Assembly (NCBI RefSeq): GCF_006345805.1 | Contig: NC_043004.1 | Coordinates: 98,828,001-98,892,000, forward strand | Direction of reading: 5' to 3' | Length of the DNA stretch: 64,000 nucleotides | From: Octopus sinensis | Lineage: Eukaryota | Shown: positions 53,040 to 64,000 of the stretch, one piece after another | Layout of the letters: each line of letters begins with the position of its first letter | Numbering within the stretch: the first letter of the stretch is position 1 | Translations under genes and position numbers: made by a program | Notes under the pieces: generated by a model | Told to the model about the DNA's origin: nothing | The model's database searches: none | What the model saw: the letters and a program-made list of their open reading frames with translations, nothing else

Positions 53040-53340
53040 AAGTGTTTCTCTGATAGTTGTCTCATTAGAAGGATTGCATCTCTGGTACATCATCCATACA
53101 CGAAACCATGTCTCATCTAGGGCCATCTTGTGTTGAGTCAATTGTGCAATGAATCTCTTGGTGACCTCCATAACCTGATCCAGTGATCTAATTCCACTAT
53201 AACTACTTCTTGCTATGGCATCTTCTTTGTGTTTGAAGCAGTTAGTTTACAATGATACTATTGCACTAGTCATTGGGTATGACTCCCTCTTGATTTACTA
53301 TCTGGATGATAATACTGTACCCACTCTCACCACATATTTT
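53040..53340 (-). pseudogene. RTE-clade RT remnant
   Basis: QEGVIPND, SYSGIRSLDQVMEVTKRFIAQL, DAILLMRQL. Confidence 0.7.
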
Positions 53341-53493
53341 CATCATCATACATGACCACCATCATCGTCATCATCATAATCATCATCATCATCATTGTCA
53401 TCATCATCATCATTTATCATCCATTTTCCATGCAGGCATGGTTCAGATGGTTTGACTGGAGATGGCAAAAGAGAGAGAGAGAGAGAGAAAGAG

Positions 53494-53545
<52 letters not shown>

Positions 53546-53923
53546 TAGAGAGAGAGAGAGCTGTGTCAGGCTCCAATCTGTTTTGGCGTGGTTTTTATGG
53601 CTGGATGCCCTTCCTAATGCCAACTACTCTACAGAGTGTACTGGGTACTTTTGCATGTTACCAGCATGGGTGCCCCTACCCCTTATGTGTCACCATCCTG
53701 AGAGCATTTTACATATCACCAACACAGTTAACAATTACATGGCAGCAGCACTAGGTGACAACCACGATTCCACTTAGCTTAGCATGTTGAACCTACAGCT
53801 TCCCCACTCTACACACACACATATATGTACGTACACTCACATAAGCACATTTATTTAGATGTACACACACACACGTACATTCACACAACATTTTTCATTG
53901 CTACTACTAATAATAATAATGAC

Positions 53924-53958
<35 letters not shown>

Positions 53959-53982
53959 TATAATAGTTAATATAATATAATG

Positions 53983-54030
<48 letters not shown>

Positions 54031-54324
54031 TTAATAATAATGATAATAATAATAATAATATTTATATATCATAGGTGAACCTAGTAAAAACGTAAATGAG
54101 ACTATATTTGTGTGTGGTTGCATATACACATATGTATAAACTTACACACACACACACACACACATACACACAAATATCTATGTATAAATGTATATATATA
54201 TAGTCGCATACACGCATATATATATATATGCATACATATCTATGTATATATGCAAAAATAAACATACGGTTTGTGTGCACAAACTCACAAACCATATGTC
54301 AACATTCATACACACTCATGCATA

Positions 54325-54366
54325 CATGCAAGCACACACACACACACACACACACACACTCTCTCT

Positions 54367-54401
<35 letters not shown>

Positions 54402-54412
54402 TCTCTCTCTCT

Positions 54413-54443
<31 letters not shown>

Positions 54444-54486
54444 TCTCTCTCTCCTTCTCTCACACACACTCACACTCTTTCTCTCT

Positions 54487-54517
<31 letters not shown>

Positions 54518-54630
54518 TCACTCTCTCTCTCTCTCCTTCTTCACACACACACACACACTCTCTCTCTCCTTCTCTCACACACACTCACACTCTTTCTCTC
54601 TCTCCTTCTCTCACACACACACACAAATGG
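54325..54630. repeat. Compound (CA)n/(CT)n array with recurring CTCCTTCT spacer
   Basis: Direct reading. Confidence 0.9.
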
Positions 54631-55048
54631 TTATAACCTCTGATATATGAGATATGATGATGTATGATTCACCATAACTGGTTGTTTAAAGATATATCTT
54701 TCACAAGTTTTGAAAAAAAAAAAAAAAGAATTTTTTATTTTATTTCGCAAAAAAAAAAAAAAAAAAGTAGGGACGAAAGAAAAATTTCGAACACAAATTA
54801 AAAAACTAAAATGCGAAATGGAAGAAATTTTGAAGTGATAAACATCATAGAGGGTTCAACATAATTGTTAGTGACAAGACAAATGTCAAAGATTTTAATC
54901 AGTGAACCAGAAGCGTGGAGCCTCTCTGTGGTTATATTTTTGGTTGGTTTTTATCCGGTGGATTTATTTCTAGAAAAACTGAACTAATGTTAATATTAAT
55001 GCTGCTGCTAATAATAATAATAATAATAATAACAATAATAATAATGAC

Positions 55049-55098
<50 letters not shown>

Positions 55099-55369
55099 TA
55101 ATAATAATAATAATTTTTAACATAGATATAAAGGCATGAAAGTTTTGGAGAGGAGGATATATAGTTGATTATATCTACCCGACTACTTGACTGATATAAT
55201 ATTTTATCGACCCAGAAAAGATGAAAGGCAAAATTGATCTTGGTGAGTTTTGAAATCAGTATGCAAAGCAAATATCACAAAGCCTTTCGTCTGATGCTTT
55301 ACAAGTCCTGCCATTTATTTATTCACGTGATGATGATGGTGATGATGATGATGAAGGTGATGATGATGG

Positions 55370-55403
<34 letters not shown>

Positions 55404-55409
55404 AGTAAG

Positions 55410-55945
55410 ACCCTGATGTAATACCAGGCTATGGTTTTTATGGCTTTCTGATCTTAACTGATTGGAAGTGTTAACATGTACATATTTTGTTTTGGTGTAA
55501 AAGACGGGCTACAGCAGATATATTCTGCTCAATATTGCAGATTTGTTTGCCAGTTGCTTGATCTCAACCAGTTGAGCATGTCCCTCGGTGGCTGATGATA
55601 TGTGCATCTCTAATCACGAGCAGAGGTAATGGTGGAGCGTCATAGCCATATATTGAGAGGAATTCTTCGGCGTTTGAATATTTCACTCCTGGAAATGTGA
55701 GTGTTTTGTTCATTATCCTCAAACATCTTTCATTCAGGAACCTTTTGAGTGGGATTGGCTACTCGACCAGAAGAAAATTCCAACTGGGCTTCACCTGCAA
55801 GGTAATGCACTATTTATCTTGATATGAGGTCACCATGTTGAACACACATGCATGTACCTGGTGTGTCCTTATCAGACAGGTAGTCCTGATGGTTATATTA
55901 GGTGTTGTATATTTATAACCCAGCATCACCTTGATGGCATGTGGC
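55410..55945. repeat. Probable interspersed repeat, unclassified
   Basis: GC-richer non-coding block bounded by simple repeats; family assignment is recollection only. Confidence 0.3.
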
Positions 55946-56109
55946 ACTCTCTCACACAGTAATAATAATAAAAAAAATTATAATTTCTCACGTAGGTACA
56001 AGGTCAGAAATATGGTTGGTGGGAAGGATTACATTGTTTGGCACCACTATATGACTGCTATTCATTCTATCAACCCTTCAGTTCCAGGTGTCCCGTTCAG
56101 TTTGAAGTG

Positions 56110-56275
56110 CTGAGCTCTAAGTGTGGAGGGAACCCATGGAAGAGGTAAACCCCGGAAGATGTGAGACAAAGTGGTGAGAAAGGATCTTCAGACACTGGGC
56201 CTCACTGAGGAAATGACAAGGGATAAGGAGTGGCGATTTGCTGCAATTAAGACTGGTCAAGCTAAGTAAAATTAC
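56110..56275 (+). pseudogene. RTE LINE 3' end fragment
   Basis: RGKPRKM*DKVVRKDLQTLGLTEEMT. Confidence 0.65.
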
Positions 56276-56286
56276 TGTCATCTATA

Positions 56287-56706
56287 GGCGCAGGAGTAGC
56301 TGTGTGGTTAGTAGCTTGTTTACCAACCACATGGTTCAGTCCCACTGCGTGGCACCTTGGGCAAGTGTCTTCTACTATAGCCTCGGGCCGACCAAAGCCT
56401 TGTGAATGGATTTGGTAGACGGAAACTGAAAGAAGCCTGTCGTATATATGTATATATATATATATATGTGTGTGTGTTTGTGTGTCTGTGTTTGTCCCCT
56501 TAGCATTGCTTGACAACCGATGCTGGTGTGTTTATGTCCCCGTTACTTAGCGGTTCGGCAAAAGAGACCGATAGAATAAGTACTGGGCTTACAAAAGAAT
56601 AAGTCCCGGGGTCGAGTTGCTCGATTAAAGGCGGTGCTCCAGCATGGCCACAGTCAAATGACTGAAACAAGTAAAAGAGTAAAAGAGTAAAAAGAGAGAG
56701 AGAGTA
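56287..56706 (+). mobile_element. SINE family A
   Basis: Full length. Confidence 0.9.
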
Positions 56707-57417
56707 TACATGCAGGCTTGTCCTTTACTGTTGCCAATTCCACATAAAATGTACTTGTGTCTGAGCTGTGACACATAAAAAGAATTCAGCACACTCTATA
56801 AAGTGGTTGGCATTAGGAAGGGCATCCAGTTCTAGAAGCCATGCCACAACAGACAATTCGGAGTATGGCCAGCTCTCATGCTGGCCAGCTCCAGGTCAAA
56901 ACTGTCCAACCCAGGCCAGCATTGAAAACAGACAGTAAACAATGATGATGATGATGGTGTTGATGGTGACGGCGATGATGGTGGTGGTGATGATGGTGAT
57001 GGTGGTGGCGATGATGATGGGGATGATGATGATGATGATAAAGAAAAGATAAAAGCAAAGTCAAGTCTTTCGGAATTCGAACTCTGAAAATGAAGAGAAA
57101 GAACAAAATATTCTGAGGCTTATTATCCGACGCACTGCCAATCATTTCATTCAAACAGGTCCTGCAGATAATAATTGCTTCTAATTTAGGCACAAAGTCA
57201 TCAATTTTAGGAGAGAGAATTAGTCAAGTTTACCAAACCAAGTATGGGATCAGTACTGTAGTTTATCAACTAGTGAGACTGAATCCAAGAATCCAGCCTT
57301 GCAGTCTAGGGTTCAGTTTCAAAACAAGCAACTTAGGCAAGTGTCCAATAGCTCATGTCTAGCCAAAGCCTTGTAAATGGATTTGGTAGAGAGAAACAGA
57401 AAGAAGCACATTGTGTA

Positions 57418-57843
57418 GGCGCAGGAGTGGCTGTGTGGTAAGTAGCTTGCTAAACAACCACATGGTTCCGGGTTCAGTCCCACTGCATGGCATCTTGGGC
57501 AAGTGTCTTCTGCTATAGCCCCGGGCCGACCAATGCCTTGTGAGTGGATTTGGTAGACGGAAACTGAAAGAAGCCTGTCGTATATATGTATATATATATA
57601 AGTGCGTGTGTATGTGTTTGTGTGTCTGTGTTTGTTCCCCTAGCATTGCTTGACAACCGATGCTGGTGTGTTTACGTCCCCGTCACTTAGCGGTTCGGCA
57701 AAAGAGACCGATAGAATAAGTACTGGGCTTACTTACAAAAGAATAAGTCCCGGGGTCGACTTCCTCGACTAAAGGCGGTGCTCCAGCATGGCCACAGTCA
57801 AATGACTGAAACAAGTAAAAGAGTCAAAGAGTAAAGAGAGTAG
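57418..57843 (+). mobile_element. SINE family A
   Basis: Full length. Confidence 0.9.
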
Positions 57844-58329
57844 AGTGTGTGTATATGTCTACCTTTGTCTTGACATCATGTGAAAGTTGTAAATGAGCTT
57901 GCTGTCATGAAAGCAACATCATTCACTTCCAGTCTTCTGAGAAGAACATGACCTTTCCATAGGGAAATGTGTTTGGAAACAAGTGTTTGGAAAGAAGGAA
58001 ATCAAGCTGTAAAAATATTTGCCTCGATAAATTCAGTCTGATCCCAGCTGGCATGGGAAAGTGAAAGTTAAATGATTATGGTATGGTGGTGGTGGTGGTG
58101 GTGATGGTGATGATGATGATGGGTCCCAGAAGGATCAAAGTCAAACTTCACCATGACAGAATGTAAGGCCAGAAGGAACGCGGAAAGGTATTTTTACCTG
58201 ATGCTCTATCATTTCTGCCAATTCATTGCCATTGCCCTTTGGATAATGAGAAAAATACTAACAAGAATATGAGGCCACAACAGTTGGCTACACTTCCATT
58301 AATTGACTTCAGTCCTTCCTTGTCAGTTT

Positions 58330-58783
58330 ATATTATTATGAAGTCTGAAATGATGATGTCTTGCAAAAAACTTGCACATGCAAGGACTACCAGTCAAAAG
58401 CTCCGTATACCGGAAGCCAGCAAGTGTATGGGATCATCAGGAGAGAATGTGCGCCGTTTTGGGGCCTACCTCTCAACAGCATCAATGCACACTGGCCCCC
58501 CTCACTGATATGAGGCCCCGATTGCTAGATCAGCTGGTTATGAAGAACTCAATATACTTTTAGCCATCGCTCATCGTCTCTTTTTAACCAAATCCAGTGG
58601 CTAGCCTCCTCCACTGTCAATTGGATATCAGTCATGGTGGTATTGACTTAACGATGAGTTAGGCCTAGCGATAACAGCAGTCGTCTCATGCTGTGTCCAA
58701 CAAATCCTCTACATCCGACTTCGATAGGAAAATGTTCCACTTTCCAGCCTGCGTCTTCACATTCCTCTTGATGCAATTTGAAC
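58330..58783 (-). pseudogene. HERO/R2-superfamily retrotransposon C-terminus (restriction-like endonuclease) and 3'UTR
   Basis: ECEDAGWKVEHFPIEVGCRGFVGHSMRRLLLSLGLTHR*...EEASHWIWLKRDDERW, stop at 58549-58551. Confidence 0.8.
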
Positions 58784-58844
58784 TTAAAATAAAAATGGGC
58801 ATTATGTTAGTCATTGTACTGATTCTGCCATCATCTGCTATCCT

Positions 58845-59240
58845 TTTATCTTTTACTAGTTTCAGTCCTTAGATTGTGGCCCCAATACTTATTTTTTAAA
58901 GCCTTGGTTACTACCAGTGAATTTTGGCAAACCACTGAGTTGCAGGGATGTAAATAAACCAACACCAGCTGACTGGTGGTGGTGGTGGTGGTGGTGGTGG
59001 TGGTGGTGTGGTGAGTGACAGAGACATATGTACACGTACACACACACACACACACATGCATACACACACTCACACATATGACTGACTTCTTTCAGTTTCC
59101 ATCTACCAACTCCATTACCAAGGCTTTGGTCAACCCGTGGTTATAGTAGAAGACATTTGTCCAAGGTTCCACACTGTGGTACTGAACCCAGAACAGTGTG
59201 GTTGGAAGCAGACTTGTTACCACATAGCCACACTAGCACC
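58845..59240 (-). mobile_element. SINE family A (old)
   Basis: Diverged copy, head toward 59240. Confidence 0.75.
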
Positions 59241-59265
59241 TTGGAAATAATAATAATGAACATAA

Positions 59266-59665
59266 GTGCAGGAGTGGCTGTGTGGTAAGTAGCTTGCTTA
59301 CCAACCACATGGTTCTGGGTTCAATCCCACTATGGTGCCTTGGGCAAGTGTCTTCTACTATAGCCTCGAGCCAACCAAAGCCTTGTGAGTAGGTTTGGTA
59401 GATGGAAACTGAAAGAAGTTCGTTGTATATATATATATATATATTGTATGTATGTATTTGTGTGTCTGTTTGTACCCCCTCCCAACCATAACAATGACAA
59501 CTAATGTTGGTGTGTTTACATCCCCTTAACTTAGCAGTTCAGCAAAAGAGATTAATACAGTAAGTACTAGGCTTGCAAAGAATAAGTCCTGGGTTCGATT
59601 TGTTCGACTAAAGGCGGTGCTCCAGAATGGCCACAATCAAATGACTGAAACAAGTAAAAGACTAC
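59266..59665 (+). mobile_element. SINE family A
   Basis: Head, core and tail. Confidence 0.85.
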
Positions 59666-59989
59666 AAGACTACCTCTCCCCACCTCTTCTCTGTCATTAC
59701 TACTTGTACTGATTGTCATGGCCAGAAGTACTAGACAGATCATATATTTAGGTACTTACATCCTTCCTAATGTAGGTACAAGATCTACAAGGATAAAGAG
59801 TGCTGGTAAGTGGACTTCATTGCTTGGGTGGTTACATTATTTTATGAATCCCGAGTGGTTGAAAAGCAAAGCTGACCTACGTCGGATTGGAACTCAGAAT
59901 GTAAGGCACTGGAACAAATGCTATCAGGCAATTTTTTTTCTTTCTGATCCTGTAATGATTCTACTAGCTCACACTGCCCAAACACATGC

Positions 59990-60106
<117 letters not shown>

Positions 60107-60189
60107 GACATACATGAACGAGAGATTAAAATCTGTTGGGGTTTTATTGTTTGGACTTCTGTATGATGCAGTAGGGATAACAAAAGTTG

Positions 60190-60297
60190 TTGAAATATGT
60201 GTGCATGTGTGTATGCATGTGTGTTTGTGTGTGCATGTGTGTGTGTGTGTGTGTGTTTGTGCATGTGTGTGTGTGCGTGTGTGTGTGTGTGTGTGCA

Positions 60298-60350
<53 letters not shown>

Positions 60351-60469
60351 TTGTGTGTTTGTGTGTTGTGTGTGTGTGTTGTGTGTGTGTTTGTGTGTGT
60401 TTGTGTGTGTGTTTGTGTGTGTGTGTGTTTGTGTGTTTGTGTTTGTGTGTGTGTGTGTGTGCTTGTGTG

Positions 60470-60503
<34 letters not shown>

Positions 60504-60625
60504 CATGTGTGTGTGTTTGTGTGTGTGTGTGTTTGTGTGTTTGTGTGTTTGTGTGTGTGTGTGTGCTTGTGTGTGTGTGTGTGTATCTGTGTGTGTTTGT
60601 GTATCTGTGTGTGTTTGTGTGCAGG
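60190..60625. repeat. Long interrupted (GT)n array
   Basis: Direct reading; source of the CV-rich ORFs. Confidence 0.95.
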
Positions 60626-60727
60626 CAGATGGAGAGGTTTGAATTGATGGGCAGTCAGATATATAGCGATGGAAAGAGAGGTTTTGAAAGAGAGAGTGTA
60701 ACAAAGAGAGAAAGAGAGAGAGAGAGT

Positions 60728-60759
<32 letters not shown>

Positions 60760-61237
60760 AAGAGAATGAAACGAAAAGGAAAAGAAAGACAATAAAAGGG
60801 CACAATGGAAGAAGAACAAACTTTAGATGGATTGGGTTCGGTAAGAGAGAAGGAGGAAAATAGAAAGGGAGAGAAAGAGATAGAAAGAGATAGAAAGAGA
60901 AAGAGAGAGTGATAGAGAGAATGAAACTGAGAAAAAAGGAAAGGAAAAAGAAAGAAAGAAAGAAATTGTGTTTGTGTGTACACAGTGGAATTCTATTGAG
61001 GGTGAATACAAAAAAAAACAAAACTAACTTGAATATCGAGTTCTTGATGTTGAATAAACAGAAATAAAACAATTGAAATTACACATCTCAGCTTGTCATA
61101 TGATATTTTATATACACTCACTGGAACATGTATGTTCATGTTTGACCATTATTGAAAGTTCACCTTTTAAGATGTCCTTCAAACTGACCACATCATATGA
61201 TCTGCTACCTACGTATCATTTGCTGAGTTCACATGAT

Positions 61238-61326
<89 letters not shown>

Positions 61327-61974
61327 ATATATATATATATATGTATATATTTATGTATGTATATGTATATATGTATGGATTGTGTGCGTGTGTGTATATG
61401 TATATATGTATGGATTGTGTGCGTGTGTGTATATTTGTATACATATATATGGATTGTACGTGCGTATACATATATATATATATGTCTGTGTGTGTGTGTG
61501 TTAGTGCATGGATACACTAACAAATGTATGCTTGTGCATATACATACACACATACATACAAACAAACACTTAGACAAAAGGTAGATTTACATACAGACCA
61601 CTTGTGTATATAATAATCATCACCATCAACATCATCGATATCATCACCCACATCATCCTCACGAGCATCACTATCATTATATCAACATTTTACTATCCAG
61701 TTTTCCTGCTTATATGGGTCAGACCAAATTTGCTGATGTGTGATTTTCTAGTGCAAGATGCTCTTCCTGTTGCTAACCCTCATTTTTTACCCTACTGATG
61801 TATTGTTTTCCCTTGTCTTTCAAATGACAAACAACTCAATGTCTAAGCATGCATTCTCAGAGAATTGCAGGCAAATGACACCATTTCATGATACTGATAT
61901 TTGTTTCCAGTTAGTATGCATACGTCAAAAAGGCATATATACATGTGTGTAACTATATCTAACTATCTATTTAT

Positions 61975-63410
61975 CTATCTGTCTGGTGATGTTGTTTCTC
62001 TTGTTGGTTGCGATGTCGAAGGTATTTCTCTTCTTCGTGATGTGATTGATGAGGGGGAAACAGTTTTTGTATTGTCCGCTGTTTTTCCTATCTTTTGGGT
62101 TGAAGGTGGTGTGGGTAGCAGGGGTTTTCTTCCAGGTTTTGGGAGTGGTTGCTGTTGCTGTTGCCTATTTCTGATAGCAGTTGGGCACTCATATCTGAGA
62201 TGTGCCTCACCGTTGCACAAATAGCATCGTGCCCTCCTGCCCTCCACCGCTACATACGATTTTTGGTCGTTTGCCAGTTGAACACTTGTTGGTAAATTGT
62301 TTATTGCTTCTTGGGAGATTTAAAGCAATATTTTGAGCTTTTTACCAGTCCAGCTTTCCTCTGGAATGTCAGCTATTTCTAAAATATCTGCTTCTATATC
62401 AAAGCAGATGGTCGATACCAGCCACTGGGTATCCACTACTGGAGGCACATTGTTTATTGTTACTTTCGTTACTCTGCGCCCAAGATAGCTAGGTGCCATT
62501 GTTACCTGGTCTGTGCGCAGAGTAAGCATTGAAAACTTTTTTGTTAGTTCTTCCGTATGGAAGCGAACTTGCACGGTAGCAAATTTACTTCCCCAATTCA
62601 CATAATTTCGGAATTTCCACACGGAAGAGAGGCACTTCTCAATCTTTTCTGTAGGTGGGCTTTCTAGTCTTTTTGTTTTGGTGTTGAGTATTCTGTAAAT
62701 GATGGTCTTCTTTAGTGTTTCTTCTATGATGTTCCGTGGAATATGTAAATGTATTGTGTTGCCTTCTTTGGTGAGCAAGGATTTTGTGTCTTGTATTTGT
62801 TGATGAGTAAATTTTAGGATTCTTCTTTTCGGTCGTATGGCTTCCGCAAAATTCGTCTTGTTTTTTGTGGAGGTGGTGGTGGTGATGTTTGTGGCTGAAT
62901 CGTTTGTAGTAGTAGTAGATAACTGTGAAGTCGGTTGTTTACCAGTTTTTGAGTGGAGGTCGCGATGTTAGCGTTCATGCTTGCATTTTGTGCTTGTGAT
63001 GATTTCCCCCATTTCCCCTCCTTCATGAAATTGTGGTGAAAGCAGTATAGGGAAATCAATGTCGTAAGCGTTGCCAAGGAGGGTGTCGGTGTTGATGGTG
63101 GAATCATTGGTTGTCGTGACGAGGATTGGCCTTACGACCTTGGTTTTGTTGTTGTTGTTGGTAGTGGTATCGTTAGCAGAGGAAGCAGTTGTAGTAGCAG
63201 AAGCTGCTGTGGTGGTGGTGTCTGTGTTGATGGTGAAATCATTGGTGGCGGTGACTGTGGATGGCCTGGTTTTGTAGTTGTTGCTTTTGTTGATGCTGAT
63301 GGTGGTGGTGTGGTGGTGGTGGTGGTGGTGGTGGTGGTGTTAGTGGAGTTCAAACTGTCAGGTTCAGCGTTTGGTTGCAGGGAATCTTGCTCTTTTGTTT
63401 CGCCGTCATG
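61975..63410 (-). pseudogene. Gag-like LINE ORF1 (Thr/Asn-rich N-term, RRM-like, CCHC knuckle) with two in-frame TAA stops
   Basis: One frame 63309-61975 interrupted only by TAA at 62968-62970 and 62320-62322; VTKVTINNVPP, CYLCNGEAHLRYEC at 62185-62226. Confidence 0.8.
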
Positions 63411-63744
63411 CTAACAGTATCAATGCAGGGAGAATGAAACGTAAACTCTGTGATTATGAAATAAGCTTCCTAAGCACACGGTCATGCTGGAGCAATGATT
63501 TCAACACACACAAACATCCAAATATATCACCACCATCTCTCTTGCATTTTTCAATTCTATGTCTCTTCCTAAGTCTCTCTTTCTTGCTCTTTATTTCCAC
63601 CTGGCATATCGTTGTATCTCGTCTAAAGTGAGACACCTATAGATCTATACCTGTATTATTCTCTTAACCTCTCATCAAATGACACAACATCTCCTCCCTC
63701 AATACTACTTCCGCTATTCAAGTGGACTCTGTCTTGCAAGTGAC

Positions 63745-64000
63745 TTGGTAATCTCACTGGTGCTAGTGCCATGAAAATGCACCCAGTTCACTCTGTGGTT
63801 AACCAAGTGGTTGGTGTCAGGAAGGGCATCCAGCTGTAGAAATCATACCAAGACAGACAAAAATGCTTGGAACAGTCCTCTGGCTTGTCAGCTCTTGTCA
63901 AACTGCCCAACCCATTCAGGCATAAGAAATAGATATGATGATGATGATGACAATGACGATGATGACGACGATGACAACGACGACAATGATGATCATAATC
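63745..64000 (+). mobile_element. Old family C-like 3' end
   Basis: GGAAGGGCATCCAGCTGTAGAAA followed by (GAT)n. Confidence 0.7.

Noticed and set aside
62320-62970. RNA-editing rescue of the two TAA stops
   Set aside because: Needs both adenosines edited at both codons to give Trp; CAA>TAA decay is far simpler

Overview
AT-rich, repeat-dominated eukaryotic DNA. Its SINE families (tRNA-headed CORE-like, V-domain-like, (GAT)n-tailed) and dense (TA)n/(CA)n microsatellites point to an Octopus-type cephalopod genome; this is inference from repeat types. Nearly all long ORFs in the supplied track are microsatellite or SINE artefacts. Real coding-derived segments are transposon fossils: three Tc1/mariner transposase remnants, RTE fragments (one open 189-aa 3' piece), a CR1 3' fragment, a HERO/R2-type endonuclease tail and a ~445-codon Gag-like ORF1 (RRM-like plus CCHC knuckle) with no ORF2. 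Also present are non-autonomous Helitrons, a hAT MITE with a perfect 8-bp TSD, a mariner MITE and a 100-N gap. Short candidate exons with good splice signals lie on both strands, but I could not identify the protein. The most notable signals: (1) several unrelated (TA)n-embedded fold-back elements, each carrying a hammerhead-ribozyme-like fold, probably Penelope-like termini; (2) a SINE occurring as Head+(184 bp)n multimers inside single TSDs that mostly begin with GGT, the motif also found at the internal junction.
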